A stretch of 57,374 nt of DNA, filler included, from Platydemus manokwari (Eukaryota), in assembly GCA_037951405.1 (NCBI GenBank). It is 6 parts of 6 records of this genome, joined end to end, with 100 filler letters (N's around TTAATTAATTAA, not from the genome) between each part and the next. Parts side by side here need not be neighbours in the genome. Positions count along the whole stretch, not along the records: positions 27,755 to 36,538 come from JBBMOY011350760.1; positions 36,639 to 46,500 come from JBBMOY011195877.1; 4 more parts are not named here. The stretch is one strand, 5' to 3'. Under the pieces are notes generated by a model, which saw nothing but the letters and a program-made list of their open reading frames with translations, was not told the DNA's origin and did no database searches. The position numbers and the translations under genes were made by a program. Shown one piece after another: positions 27,864 through 40,492 of this stretch (the first letter of the stretch is position 1; each line of letters begins with the position of its first letter).

Positions 27864-28421
27864 TAGTGATTCCCAAAGTTGTCGCTGCAAGGATCCAGAA
27901 GGTCGGTGGTAAATACAAGCTCATTTTGGGGCAATAAATTAACCGTAAATTTTTTGTGTTAGACCAGTGGGTCCAGAGGGTCAGTGGTCATTTGGGGGCG
28001 ATAATACTATACGAATGTAAGAAAATGATTATTAAAAATTTTGATGTATCTCGTTTGATCAAAACGCTTAATTTGTCTTTAAACAACGTACTGTAGGTTC
28101 TCACTAATTTTTATTGAAGTATAATCGCGCACTCAATGCTAGTGCTTGTGCGCTTTGTCGCTTGCAACGCCGAAGCCTGTTAGTAGAAAGGTAGTTTTTC
28201 TGAGATTCCCCGTAATGATTAACTGAAATAAAACTAAAAGAAGTTAGTTTGTTGTGATATTACGAGAAGTTAAAATTAAGTAACAAAAGATAGTAACATT
28301 AAGATTTTTTATAAATTGCTACTAAAAGTCAAAAAAATTTGGTGCGGGTTAATTTTGGGGGCGCTAAGTAATATTTATTCTGAAAAGGGGGCGGTACACC
28401 AGAAAAGTTTGGGAATCACTG
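27864..28421. mobile_element. Non-autonomous hAT (Charlie-like) MITE, 558 bp
   Basis: Terminal inverted repeats TAGTGATTCCCAAAGTT ... AAGTTTGGGAATCACTG. The 8-bp flanks TGTTATAT / CGTTGTAT match at 6/8, consistent with a decayed TSD. No ORF inside. Confidence 0.8.
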
Positions 28422-28689
28422 CGTTGTATCAACAAAATCAATAAATAATTTTTTTCTAGTATTTTCTGATTCATAAAGTGATATATTTTAGAAAGTAATA
28501 ATAAGTCACGAACAATAGAATTTTTCCAGTTAAATATTGATAAATATTGTGTGGCAAAACAAGGTAAAAGATACAGTTCAGATAAATTGAGATAATTAAT
28601 AATTTATTTTGTCATTCCTCGAATACGCTAATGAATTAGCACCACTGAGTTATCCAATTAGTAATTGAAATATATCTTACTATAATTTT

Positions 28690-28794
28690 GATCTTTAAAT
28701 AGCTCAGTATGTGTCAGAAAAGGATCATTAAATAGCTCAGTATGTGTCAGAAAAGGATCTTTAAATAGCTCAGTATGTGTCAGAAAAGGATCTT
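28690..28794. repeat. 33-bp minisatellite, about 3.2 copies, probably intronic in TMEM144
   Basis: Unit GATCTTTAAATAGCTCAGTATGTGTCAGAAAAG x3 (one substitution in copy 2) plus GATCTT. No spacers between copies. Confidence 0.95.
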
Positions 28795-28914
28795 ACACTT
28801 ATTAGATCATGTTTACAGAATTATTATTATTAACAATAATAGTTTTATTATAATTATAATGATTTTGATATGTAATTAAAATGCTTTTAATATTTTTATA
28901 TGATATATTTTCAG

Positions 28915-29321
28915 ATATTACGTACATTTTACCACAGTGTACCGGAATTTACCTTGGAAGCTCCATGTACTTTATTATATATTGCATAATTAAACGTAAT
29001 AAGCCGCATATTAATCCCAAATGTATTTTGCCTGCACTAGCATCAGGGTTTATTTGGTTCATAGCATATATTGGTTATTTCATTGCAAATGAAGCTTTGA
29101 GTGCGGCTATTTGTCAGCCCATTGTATCAGCTTTACCTGGATTGCTCAGTATAATTATTACAACTTTATTTTTTAAAGAAATACGGGTATCATTATGTCC
29201 TTTGGTATTGATATTATTTATATTTTTTTATCAGGGATTAAAGAATTATATGATTATCCTGGTTGGAATTATAATAACATTTACTGGAGTAATATTAATC
29301 GCACTATCTAAAATTTATTGA
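28915..29321 (+). CDS. TMEM144: Transmembrane protein 144-like (DMT superfamily), last two exons (28915-29186, 29235-29321)
   Basis: ITYILPQCTGIYLGSSMYFIIYCIIKRNKPHINPKCILPALASGFIWFIAYIGYFIANEALSAAICQPIVSALPG...FKEIR | GLKNYMIILVGIIITFTGVILIALSKIY* matches the TMEM144 C-terminus (FIANxxLS...FKEIKGxxNY...SKI). Intron is 48 nt, GT-AG. Confidence 0.88.
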
Positions 29322-32300
29322 GAATGTTAATTTTTGATTTAATAAAGATCTGTTTTTCTTGATTAACGAAGGCTTCATTCAATTTATTATTTGATTAATA
29401 TAATGTACTCTCACGAATGTTTTCATTCAAACCGTAAATAAGAAAATTATTAGACTACTATTAGTTTCAGCTTACCAACTTACAAACTGTGTATCTAAAG
29501 TGGTTAATATAATAAAATTAATTATTGGATTTGGACATTGGATTCTTTGAAGACGACAAAATCATTTTAGAATTTCAAGGAAAACTATGGCTCTAAATAT
29601 TCCATTAATTCAATTTCCCTAAATTTCAAGATAGTCAATGATGGGTTCATAAAAAATGATTTGGAATCTTAGCTATTTAAAACCAGATGAAGTTGAAAAT
29701 ATGATTGGGACTATATTCCCATAAATGACTTTTTTACAAGATGTTGGGTGACATTTGTTTTGGATGATAAGTGAGGCATAGATGAAGAGATAAAGAGTTA
29801 AAATGTTCAACGAATTTGACCTTTTCATTTTAGTCTATTGGTTTAGGAATTTTTTATGACATTGAAAGGAAACTCTGGAACAAAATCTCAAACAACATCA
29901 TCTATTTTTAAATTCATCAATTATTGAGGAATCTTCATCTGAAATATCTAACTAAAAAATAAAATTCTTCACATATTATCCTATTTTTAAAGATAGTTGG
30001 TGAAACCAGGAGTAGCATTTGCCTGCAGTACATAGAACACTTGCTATTTTTGTGTATGTAATATTTTTGTGAATTTTGTCTTCATAATTTTCATCATTAT
30101 TAATTTTTAATACATGGATTTCGGTAATATTTAATCGATATTTTAGCATTATCATCGGGTTAAAAATTTTTGGATTTTTTTAACATTAGTCAATTTGGGT
30201 TACACTACGCAACCTTCCAAAAGAAATCATATTTTTGGAGTGAGATATTTTAGTAAAGAACTTCCTCATTCCAATTATATATTTCTATTATTACATGTCA
30301 TCAAGTTGTACCTTTTTTAATAAACTGAAAGTTCAACCTTTAATATGGAACTAAATATTTACTTCGCCAAGCTCTGTTAAATCTTGGCAATTTATATACA
30401 AATTGATGAGAAAATTATAAAAAATACTTTTATACAAATTTAAATGCAGTAATTGGGAGAAAAATAAAATAAAAATTTAACCCATGACTTGACTCAGTAT
30501 TCGTTTAATCAAATTAAGTTTCCATATTAGTTATTAATGGTCAAAGTTCTCAAATAACACTTGACTTCTTTTTAAACCACTTTTCCGTTGACCTTTATTC
30601 CATTAAAGTTTGGTTACAGTAGTTCCCAACACTGGTTGTTATCATGGTGTAACACAAAAAATTCCTCGCATCACATATTTGTACTAATTTATGTGTTATC
30701 GATTAAAAAACAAAATTTATTGATTTTCAGTTACTGTTATATTATATATCGGATTTAATTGATACACTTCCAAACTGCTAAGTCGGATATTGGTGGAAAT
30801 ATCCACACCTCAACCCTATTATTCCATACGTCTACGTATATTTTTAATAAAAAATTTGAAATTTCATTAATAATTCCATAATTTAAATAATTTTTGTCTT
30901 GTAGCGGTAAGTTAAAAAGTCAATACATTGTTTACCAATAGTTATGTTAACGTTATTAGAATAGATGGTTAGGAGGAGGTTTTATTTATAAATATATGTA
31001 TTAGTGTGTATTAATGACAATTTTCGTTGTGACTTGTATCAATAAACAACAACAACAAATCTTATTTAAATACTTGAGCGAATTAAACTGAACAATTTTT
31101 AATTTATTTCTTTCAATTGACTGTAGTACCAGATGCTATCGTCGATTTCATTGTCCTGATAGTTCTTTGATATTTTTCCTTATGTGGCTTTAATTTTAAT
31201 GAACGTCTAATAAGCACAATGTATTTTTATTTGTTTTCTAAGACATAGTTAAGATCACAACCAAATTAAATTAAATTTTTAAAACAAGATGAAATCATAT
31301 ATTTCCCAATAGTTGCCAATCAACTTCGTCAAATGTGCTTACTTCTTGCTCTTTTATGAAATGAGTTTCCAATATAGTTGCTGTTTATGTTTATTATCTA
31401 CAGTCTAAAGAAAACCATCAGACTTTCTTGAAGATTTGCGTTGCTTATTCTTGCACTTTTTAAAATAATTAAAAGATTTAACAGGTGAAAATTTTCTGAA
31501 AAATACATGGCTTACTGCTCAAGTAGAAAACCTCAAAACGGTATATTGAGAAAAATGCGAAACGAAGGGACAAAAATTAATGAAATAGTTAAACTAATAC
31601 TACTCACGGTTAAAAAATTTTCCTATTGTTTGCAATTATTTAACTGAAAAGTAGGATTCTATTCATACCATATCTTTGAAAAGTGTTGACAATAAGCTTC
31701 TGTTAAATGTCACCTTTAAAATGGTAGATTTCTGGTATTGCTCGGTAATATATTTCTACTGCGATTTAGCATTTATTTCGTATCATTTTCGTATACTGTG
31801 TTTTATGTTCGTGTTATATCGTTCTCATATGCCTTATTGGTATTATATTCTCGTTATATTCTTTATTGCCTATCTTCTGTTTACACAAAATTTATTAATT
31901 TATTTGTTTATTGATGTACCTTTTCACTTTTGTATTGCATCTTTTTGAACGAACTTCATACAAAATCAGAGTAAGAAAGTTTTTCGAAAAACCTCTAAGT
32001 CTGTTATAATCTTAAGTTGACTGTGCAAATTTATAAAAAAAAACTAGCTACAATAGAAACACAATGTGAAAGAATCAGAAAAAATGATGATATAATCTCA
32101 TAGTAGCAAGTGATAAAGAAAGAATTATGAGAATCAACTCAAAGATAAAATAGTATTTTAAACAATTATGTAAACTAGTTAGAAATAAGTAATATGATTC
32201 TTTTGAAACGGAAATTAAATTTTATGCCAATTAACCAATCTAAAGAAATTTATATTACATTAGATGGAAATACAGATAAATAAAGACACTTAAGATTTTT

Positions 32301-32526
32301 AAATTTTAAATTAAATTATAAATTTTTTAAATTAATTTATTTAAATACAAATATTATTTTTAGTAACCCTAGTTTCCATATTGCACATGTAGAAAATTTT
32401 TTTTAATTATAAGGTAGGAAATAAAATTACATAAAATACCAATTATATCATAATCAAGTTTCTCTTACCAAATATTAAAATGTGTTTTAATAATATTGAA
32501 AAATCTTTATTTAAAATTGTCATTTT

Positions 32527-33085
32527 ATGGGTAGATCGAGAAGTCCGAAACGTAAATAAATAATTTTATAATTAAATATAATTTCATTTTTTTAAGGTAG
32601 GCATTCCAGATCTCGGTCTAGAGAACGTCATAGAGACAAAAAGCGAGATAGAGATCGAGATAGAGATAAAAGAAAAGATAGACACAGAAGTAAATCAACG
32701 TCTAGGTCACGAAGACGTCGTTCGCGAGAACGTTTACCTGATGGACGTTTAAAGAACTATGTAAGAAGATCTTCATCAAGCTCATCCTCAAGAGAGAGAG
32801 AAGAAAAGGCTGCAAATGAAAAGAAAAATGAAATTTATGGTTGCCGTATTTGAAATTTTAAATTTGTAGTATTTAAATATTAGTTTAGAAAAATCATTAG
32901 AAGGCAAGACTGCTGAAGAAATTGAAATGTATAAAATTATGGGGTTTGGATCTTTTGATTCGACAAAAGGTAAACATGTAGAAGGGAATGACATTTATGT
33001 AGCAGATATACAAAAAAGACGAAAATATCGACAGTACATGAATCGAAGAGGTGGTTTTAATCGGCCGTTAGATCGTGTTGATTAA
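32527..33085 (+). CDS. SNRNP27: U4/U6.U5 tri-snRNP 27 kDa protein, complete; exons 32527-32551, 32597-32839 (donor could be 32845), 32889-33085
   Basis: RS-rich N-terminus [28 protein letters not shown]... and C-terminus [31 protein letters not shown]...[29 protein letters not shown] lies about 20 nt after the stop. Confidence 0.95.
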
Positions 33086-33809
33086 ATGCCATTTTAACTT
33101 GTATAGAATAAATTTCTTTGTCATTATAAGTTGAAACATATTTTTAGAATTCTTCAGAGTTGATTAAGGATAGTGAAAGATTCCTAGTATGAAAGTTAAA
33201 GGGTTTATCAATAATGATTGAAATGAATTTAGTCTAATCTGATGATTTATTTGTAAATAAAGTTGTTATGTATTTCATTTTAGAATTTAAAATCAATCTT
33301 TAACCAAGATTATCTTTCCATTACTCGTAATTTGGTATCGAAGATTTTTAATAAATATAATCTTTCCGTGTATATGTTTGGTGTCTCATAATTATATTTA
33401 TGAAAACCTTCGTGAACTTTAATAATCGGTAGTAATTGAAGATAACTTTAATTAGTGATTGATAATTAATCGTGATCATTTATTAAACCACTAAATCTAA
33501 TTACGAGAAAGACAATGGTTCAATTATGAATTTTGCTCAACGATAAGTTTTATTAGATTTTTATTTACGTAATTCTATTGAACTAGTATTTTGTTATACT
33601 GCATTAAAAAATTAAGTATGATCTTCAAATACAATATTTGACTTAAATTGAAAAAAGGTCTTTGGACCCAATTTTTATTGTAATGATTTTTCAGACAGTT
33701 TAATATTAAAATTAATTTTTAATGAGAACTTTATGAAAATTTTACTTAATTTAATTTTAATTGAAAAAGAATTATAGTAGATAAATTATTTTACACAACA
33801 GCATTAACA

Positions 33810-34615
33810 ATTCATTGGCGATTCCAAAGCCCTTCAATATTCTGATTAGAAATATCTCGGTTATCCCGGTTCACAAAACACTTCAAATGATTTACAGTGG
33901 ACATTGAAGGGGGTTAACTATCTCGAACATTATGATGTTTCCCGGTATTACCCATCTACAATTAAATAATAAGTAATATTTTAAATATTAAATTTCTGTG
34001 ATTATTGCTTCTAGTATTGCTGAGCATCGATTTATAAATGAGAATAAGAAACAATTCCTCTTATTGTGTCTTTCAAGTTCTCCAATGACTCAAATATCTG
34101 ATTTGCAATGGGCCACTGTTATATCTGGATACTTCAAAATAGGTTTCATCAATTCCAATAACGATATTTCAGCCACTGATCATTTTTCGATGCCGGCCTT
34201 TTTCTTCATGGGGTTCATATCGACAATTTTTGTATCCTCATAAATAATTTAAAATACCTAGTTTTGTTTCAATAAAAAATTGTACCATTTCATGCTCATT
34301 GGTTTGCTGACAGAGGTCATTTGGTGACACTTTTTGGTGGCTCCAGTGAACCACAAATAATTTAAGTTCAGAATATCGAAAAGGAAAATGAGCGAATTAT
34401 TGAGTAAAGCCCCTATTGGATTTTAGGAACTTGTATGGAATCTCTACCTGTACATGGCCTCATCGACAGGTTCATGACCTATATATCCAATCTATTAAAT
34501 GGACTCATAAATGTCCTTGTTTTAATTTAAAATACAATCACCTAGCTCCTAACATGCTTTAATTATTTCCACATCCCTGTAAAATGACTATAAATTTTGT
34601 GATAACCGTCCATTT
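33810..34615 (-). mobile_element. Merlin / IS1016-like (ISXO2-type DDE) transposase pseudogene
   Basis: Broken frames give DILNLNYLWFTG...SKPMSMKWYNF, NIVIGIDETYFEVSRYNSG, I*VIGELERHNKRNCFLFSFINRCSAILEAII, WVIPGNIIM and TVNHLKCFVNRDNRDISNQNIEGLW. These correspond to the Merlin motifs VEIDES..RKYNRG, WVFGGxER, PGTII and TVNHS..FV..TQxIExxW. Confidence 0.85.
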
Positions 34616-34760
34616 GCTTCTTATATTAAAAAGGATCCTCGCTAATTTTTTTTCAAATAAATGACCAATAAAAACTAAAAATAGAGTGACAGACAAAAAT
34701 AGATTAAAATGAATCTTAAAATAGAATTAAATTAATAAAGATATTGAAAATAATCATCAC

Positions 34761-34769
34761 ATAATAATG

Positions 34770-34822
<53 letters not shown>
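34761..34822. repeat. (AAT)n microsatellite
   Basis: About 20 AAT units with one interruption. Confidence 0.95.
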
Positions 34823-34824
<2 letters not shown>

Positions 34825-36538
34825 ACATATCTTAAAATAGTTTTAAAAATAAATAAAATAGTAAACACACAAAGAAATACTAATATATATAAGAGGGAAT
34901 TTAGTTATTAAATTCGCCCTTATAAGAGAAAGTAAAATTAGGTCAATAATTTGATTTGACAAGCTAAACAAACTAATCTTATCAAATTACCGATAAACCA
35001 GCGATTCGAAGAAATTATCACTTCACTGGAAATTAGATACCAACTGTCAAACCAGCAATTTGAAGAATCTAATCATTCGTTTAATCTCTCGCGATAAATT
35101 GTTAGTTCTGCAAACTATATAAGGAACTCACGAAGAACCAGATCGACGAACAAAAAATGGAGAAAAATAACTGAACTAGTCCAGTATATCGACCCAATAA
35201 ATCGTCTGGACCAAATATCTAGTATATTTCGGCCCCATAGTAATCACAAAAAAATCCAAGATTTAGTAATAAAATATTCATTCATAGTTACGTAGATAAC
35301 GCATTATTACTTTAAACTAGATTTTTCTATAAAGTAATATTATATAAATTATTCGAGTAAACATTTTATCACAATTGCTATTATTTTAACATTCTATTTA
35401 ATAATCATAATTGCTATTGTTTTATCTCAAACCCTTACACATCACAAAGATTCTGGCTTGAACTCAGTTCAACTAGAAGGTTAAAATATCTAAAATACTA
35501 AAATAGTAAACCAATTCAAAATAGTGATTACGGTGTCATTAGGCCTAACCACCAACAAAATCACTGAGGATTCTTACTGGCAAGGCCATAAGAACCCGAA
35601 TAAAAACATCACTCTAGGTTTATACAGCCTGAACAAATTATCAATTAAAAAGCGCTCCCCTTAAAAAGTCCTGGTTATCTGTTATAATATTTTATTATCA
35701 ATCAATATTGTCAATACATTTGTAAAATATCGATTTTATCAATATGCTGTAATTATGGACTCCAAACTTTCCGCATTTCTGCTTCGGACTGGAAATAAAA
35801 GCATTGATTTATCCATAAACTTTGTATCTCAATAATTAAATAAAAAAATATAATTTTATATTTTATGAAGATTCTTACCATTTTGTCAAGATTTAGTTTC
35901 TCGTGAATGTCATTGGATACTCATGAATTCTTAAAGTATATTCCTATTTAAATCACAACATCAGTGACATCATCATCTATATAAATCTTTGAATTTTCAA
36001 GAAATCTTTAGAGTATTTCCGTAACTTCATTTTTTCTGGCAGTTTATCCAACATGTCGATAAAAACTTTATTTTATCAACTAATTGTAAAAATAAATAAT
36101 ATTTATCCAGTTTCACATAGTTTTCATTCTCCGGGATATTTTTTTTACTTTCCGTATTTTATTACGGAACTTCAGTTGACACTATTTACAGCTTAAATCA
36201 GTCTCAGAACTATTTTAACCTTTAAGTTGTATTTCAACTTCGAACCTGATATTTTTTCTTCTCGATTGTTCAATCGCTTAGGCGAGCATAACAACGTTAC
36301 AGAATGTTTTAACGTTTCCATTTAACTTATTAAGCAACACCGCCGGAAACGTTTTTTTCATTTTATTATTTCACTTCAGACTAATAATTATTACTACTCT
36401 ATAATCCCGAGTATAAGCTGCAGCTAATACGTACATAAGGGCAACATTTTTGAATTGCAGCTAATACCAGGTGTGTCGGTAATTCCTTTCCGGTTTTTTC
36501 GCTAAACAAAAAAAAACAAAACACAAACAAAACAAAAT

Positions 36539-36638
36539 NNNNNNNNNNNNNNNNNNNNNNNNNNNNNNNNNNNNNNNNNNNNTTAATTAATTAANNNNNN
36601 NNNNNNNNNNNNNNNNNNNNNNNNNNNNNNNNNNNNNN
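36539..36638. other. Artificial contig-joining spacer
   Basis: N44-TTAATTAATTAA-N44. Confidence 0.97.
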
Positions 36639-39600
36639 GAAAGTTCAAGGAAGTGGGTGGAATATATTTGAGATAGGAAGCATAATAATAAATATTTCAA
36701 AGATAAATGTTCTTGTAGGTCGAAGTTAGTTACCTTTACCTTTTCGAAGTAATTCTATAGTAAATGTAGAAAAATATGATAAGAGATGTTTTCTATATTC
36801 AATATTAGCACACTTATTCCCAATTTCTTCTAGATCTAATCCAAATAGACCAGGACATTACAATAGACATTTTAATGCAATAAATATAAAGGATTTATCT
36901 TTTCCAACACCAATTCAATAAATCAAGAAGTTTGAGAAAAATAATAATTTTAAAATAAATGTTTGTGAATTGACAAAAAATATCGCAAGTAAAAAATATA
37001 AATGGAAATAACATTCGAAAATATTCCGAAAGTAAAGATTATCAAATTCAACCAATTTATATATCTCGGAGAGAAGGTTATACTCAAAATATAAAACTTC
37101 TATAATTAGAAAAAGAAAGAATAACACACTATGTTTATATAAAAAACTTTAAAAAGTTATTAAAAGGTGATATAAGTTATAGATTAAGAAATGATGACAA
37201 TCTAAACATCTGTGAAAGATGTTGATCCTATTTTGTAAAAGAAAACGGTTTTATAAATCATCAAAGAATTTGTGGCAAAAACGGAAAAAAAATTGTAAAA
37301 TTGGCTATGCCTTTAAAATATAAAGATTCAAAAGTATGTAATAAATGTAGAGAGAAAGAAGAATGTAATTGTGATATTCTAAAGTTTAAAGGATATAATC
37401 ATCAAGTAATGCTTTCTTTTATAATAGTATCTGATATTGAATGTTTGAATATTCCAGTTGATATTCAAAAGGAGGAGAATACAAGAGATAAATTTAATCA
37501 TAAACCACCATGTGTTTATCTGAAACTAATATCAAGATATCCAGATTTAATAAGAAATGAAGAAAGATTTTATTGTGGAGAAAATGGCATAACGGAATTT
37601 GCAAGATATATCCTTGAGAATGAAAATAGATTTAAAGAAATATTAAACACTAAATTACAAATAGATATGACTGAAGAAGATGAAATTAATTATAAAAATT
37701 AAAACACCTGTATTTATTGCAAAGAAAAAATAATAAAAAACAAAGTGAAAGACCATGATCATTATTTACAACATAATAATTACAGAGGAGCAGCATGTTC
37801 TGAATGTAATTTAAAAGCAAGACAACCAAAAGACTTTCCATTTTATTTTCATAATGGATTTAAGTATGATTTCCATCTAATAATAAAAGATCTAGCAAGA
37901 GAAATAAATCAAATTGAAAGGCTAAAAGATTTAAATATATTACCGCTAACAGAAGAAATTTATATTTCCTTCAATTATTGATGTATAAGATTTACGGATA
38001 GTTTAAGATTATTTCAAAACTCATTACATAAAATAAGTAAATCAATGAAAGATGAAGAATTTATAGAGTTAAGAAAAGAATTCACTGATGAAAACCTAAA
38101 ATTGATGAAAGCTAAAGGAGTTTATCCTCATCAATATATTTCTTCTTTTAACACATTAAATGAATTAAATTTACCACCGATTGAAGCATTTTATTCTCAT
38201 CAATATTAAGAAGGAATAACAAATGAAGAATATAAAAGAGCAAAAGATATCTGGAATAAATTCAATTGTAAAAACTTATGGGATTATACAATCTTATATT
38301 TAAAACAGGATGTTAACATTCTAGCTGATGCAATTGAATCTTTTAGACCTAATTATATAAAACAAAGAAATCTAGATCCAGCCCATTATGTTTCATCCCC
38401 ATCTTTAACATGGGAATCAGGATTAAAAGAGACAAACATAGAACTAGAATTACTAAAAGATCAATCAATGTGTGAAATTATAGAAGAAGAAATAAGAGGT
38501 GGTATTTCATCAGTAATGGGAAGAAGACACGTAAAAGCTAATAACAAACTTACTAATAAAGGATATCAAAATTTTAGAATTCTAGATAAGTTTGAATTTG
38601 AAGCAATAATGAAAAAAATTAAAACAAAAAGCAACCCAGATTTCTCTGAGATGCTTAAACCAAACTATTTAATGTATTTAGATGCTAATAACTTATATGG
38701 TTGGGCAATGTCCGAGCCTTTACCTTTTAATAAGTTTAAATGGGTTTCTGATAAAACTTTGTTATTTTAACTTAAATTTAAATATTCTTGAAAACCATAT
38801 CATGTCAATTAAAAGAGAATCTTCAAAAGGAATGATTTTAGAGATTGAACTTGAATACACGAATGAAAGTTAAATGTAGATAAAGGATTTCCCATTAGCC
38901 CCAGAAAAAAAGACAGTGGATTTTAACATGTTTGGTGAAGGACAGAAAGAAAAGATAATTCAAGAAAAGATTGTGTTAAGTGAATTACTTATTTGTGATC
39001 AAACTGATAAAACAAATTATGTTGTTCACTATAGAAATCTTCAGTTTTATTTAAAACAGGGAATGAAAATCAAAAGAGTAAATAGAATATTAAAGTTTCA
39101 ACAAAAACCATGGTTAAAAGAATATATTCAAATGAATACAGATCTAAGAACCAAAGGCACAAGTGACTTTGAAAAAGATATCTGGAAACTTATGAATAAT
39201 TCTTTCTTTGGAAAAACGATGGAAAATATAAGAAAAAGAGAAAACATAAAACTGTTCTCATCTTCAAATAAAGCAAGAAAACAAAATACAAAACCAAACT
39301 TTAAAAGATTCACAAGGTTTTCCGATAATTTATTCGAAATTCATTATCTTAAAGGGCAAGTAAAACTCAATAAACCTATTTATTTAGGATTCTGTGCCTT
39401 GGAACTAAGTAAGTTATTGATGTATGAGTTTTATTATTATAGATTAAAGCTAAAATGGAAAGAGAACATTGAATTTCCATATATGAACACAGACTCCTCA
39501 ATGCTAAATATAAAAACTAAAGATCTTTATGATGATATTTTGAATGATGAAGACTTAAGAAAAGACTTAGACTTCTCAGATTATCCTAAAAATCATCAAT

Positions 39601-39890
39601 TATTTGATACAAAAAATAAAAAAGTTTCAGGCTAATTTAAAGATGAATTTAATGGAATGATTTTCAATGAATGGATAGCAATTAAATCAAAAAATTATTG
39701 CTACGTTTTAAATGAAGGATGCTTCAAGTCAAAAGACAAAGGAATCTAGTAAAGGAATGTAGTAATAAAAACAATTATCAAAATACAGCTTTTATATTCA
39801 GGTATTAAAAACAAATAAATGAGCTCTACTTTACTTTGATCAAAAAGGATTTATTTGCTAGGATTGAATTAATACTAAACCGTTCGGTAT
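36639..39890 (+). pseudogene. Polinton/Maverick-type protein-primed family B DNA polymerase with inserted endonuclease VII domain, disrupted
   Basis: In order: GSGW, CFLYSILAHL, ExoI IVSDIEC, Endo VII CIYC..KDHDHYLQHNNYRGAACSECNL, ExoII FHNGFKYDFHLII, KGVYPHQY, ExoIII YLKQDVNILAD, IRGGIS, motif A YLDANNLYGWAMS, motif B KLMNNSFFGK, motif C YMNTDS. Many stops and frameshifts; no introns seen. Confidence 0.93.
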
Positions 39891-40460
39891 TTTATTCAGC
39901 CACATTAAATTTTTATTCACAATTTTTTTTCTATTTTTTGTTATAATTTTTTATAATAATTTTTGAAATATAATTTCTACGCGTTTTCATCAATCTCGTC
40001 TCACTTGACCTTTTAACCTGAACAGACTTTTCCACCAAAATATCAAAAACGTCGTTGTTGATTATATTCGAAAAGTTCATTATAATTGTTTAATAAAATT
40101 ATAATATTAACGACATAAGAGCATTTGTCATTATTGTTATTATTGATTTATTTTAACAGTCAGCAAAAATTAATAGATTATCAATTTTATTTATAGATTA
40201 AAAAACAGATCAATATAAACATTTAAATAATTTAATTAATCGAAACAATGAAAAAATATTAATATAAAATTGATAATATTATTAAATAGGTTAAATGATA
40301 TTGATATTTATGCACATTTATATAAAGAAAATAATAAATTACAAAACCACAACATTTATTTATCAACCACGCAAGCAATTCAGTACACTGTAATATTATC
40401 CAACTTGTTTATTTCAAGATACGACTCACCCACTACCACTTGTCTGTTCAGTCAGTTGTT

Positions 40461-40466
40461 TATAAA
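40461..40466 (+). promoter_or_regulatory. Putative TATA box of peptide gene A1
   Basis: TATAAAGGTTGACTATT upstream of A1 is conserved as TATATAAGGTTGAGTATT upstream of paralog A2 (46340-46323), at nearly the same distance from the ATG. Confidence 0.5.
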
Positions 40467-40492
40467 GGTTGACTATTAGCCTACAAAATTCA

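Noticed and set aside
28690-28794. 33-bp direct repeats as a CRISPR array
   Set aside because: The repeats are head-to-tail with no spacers, there are no cas genes, and the context is eukaryotic. It is a minisatellite.
31676-31948. Hydrophobic 90-aa ORF, and similar F/I/L/Y-rich short ORFs in the track
   Set aside because: These are expected by chance in T-rich DNA; many start at non-ATG codons or lie antisense to real genes or transposons.
36394-36538. Possible pogo/Tc2-like TIR (TACTCTATAATCCCGAGTATAAG)
   Set aside because: Only one end is visible before the contig break, with no partner TIR or transposase.
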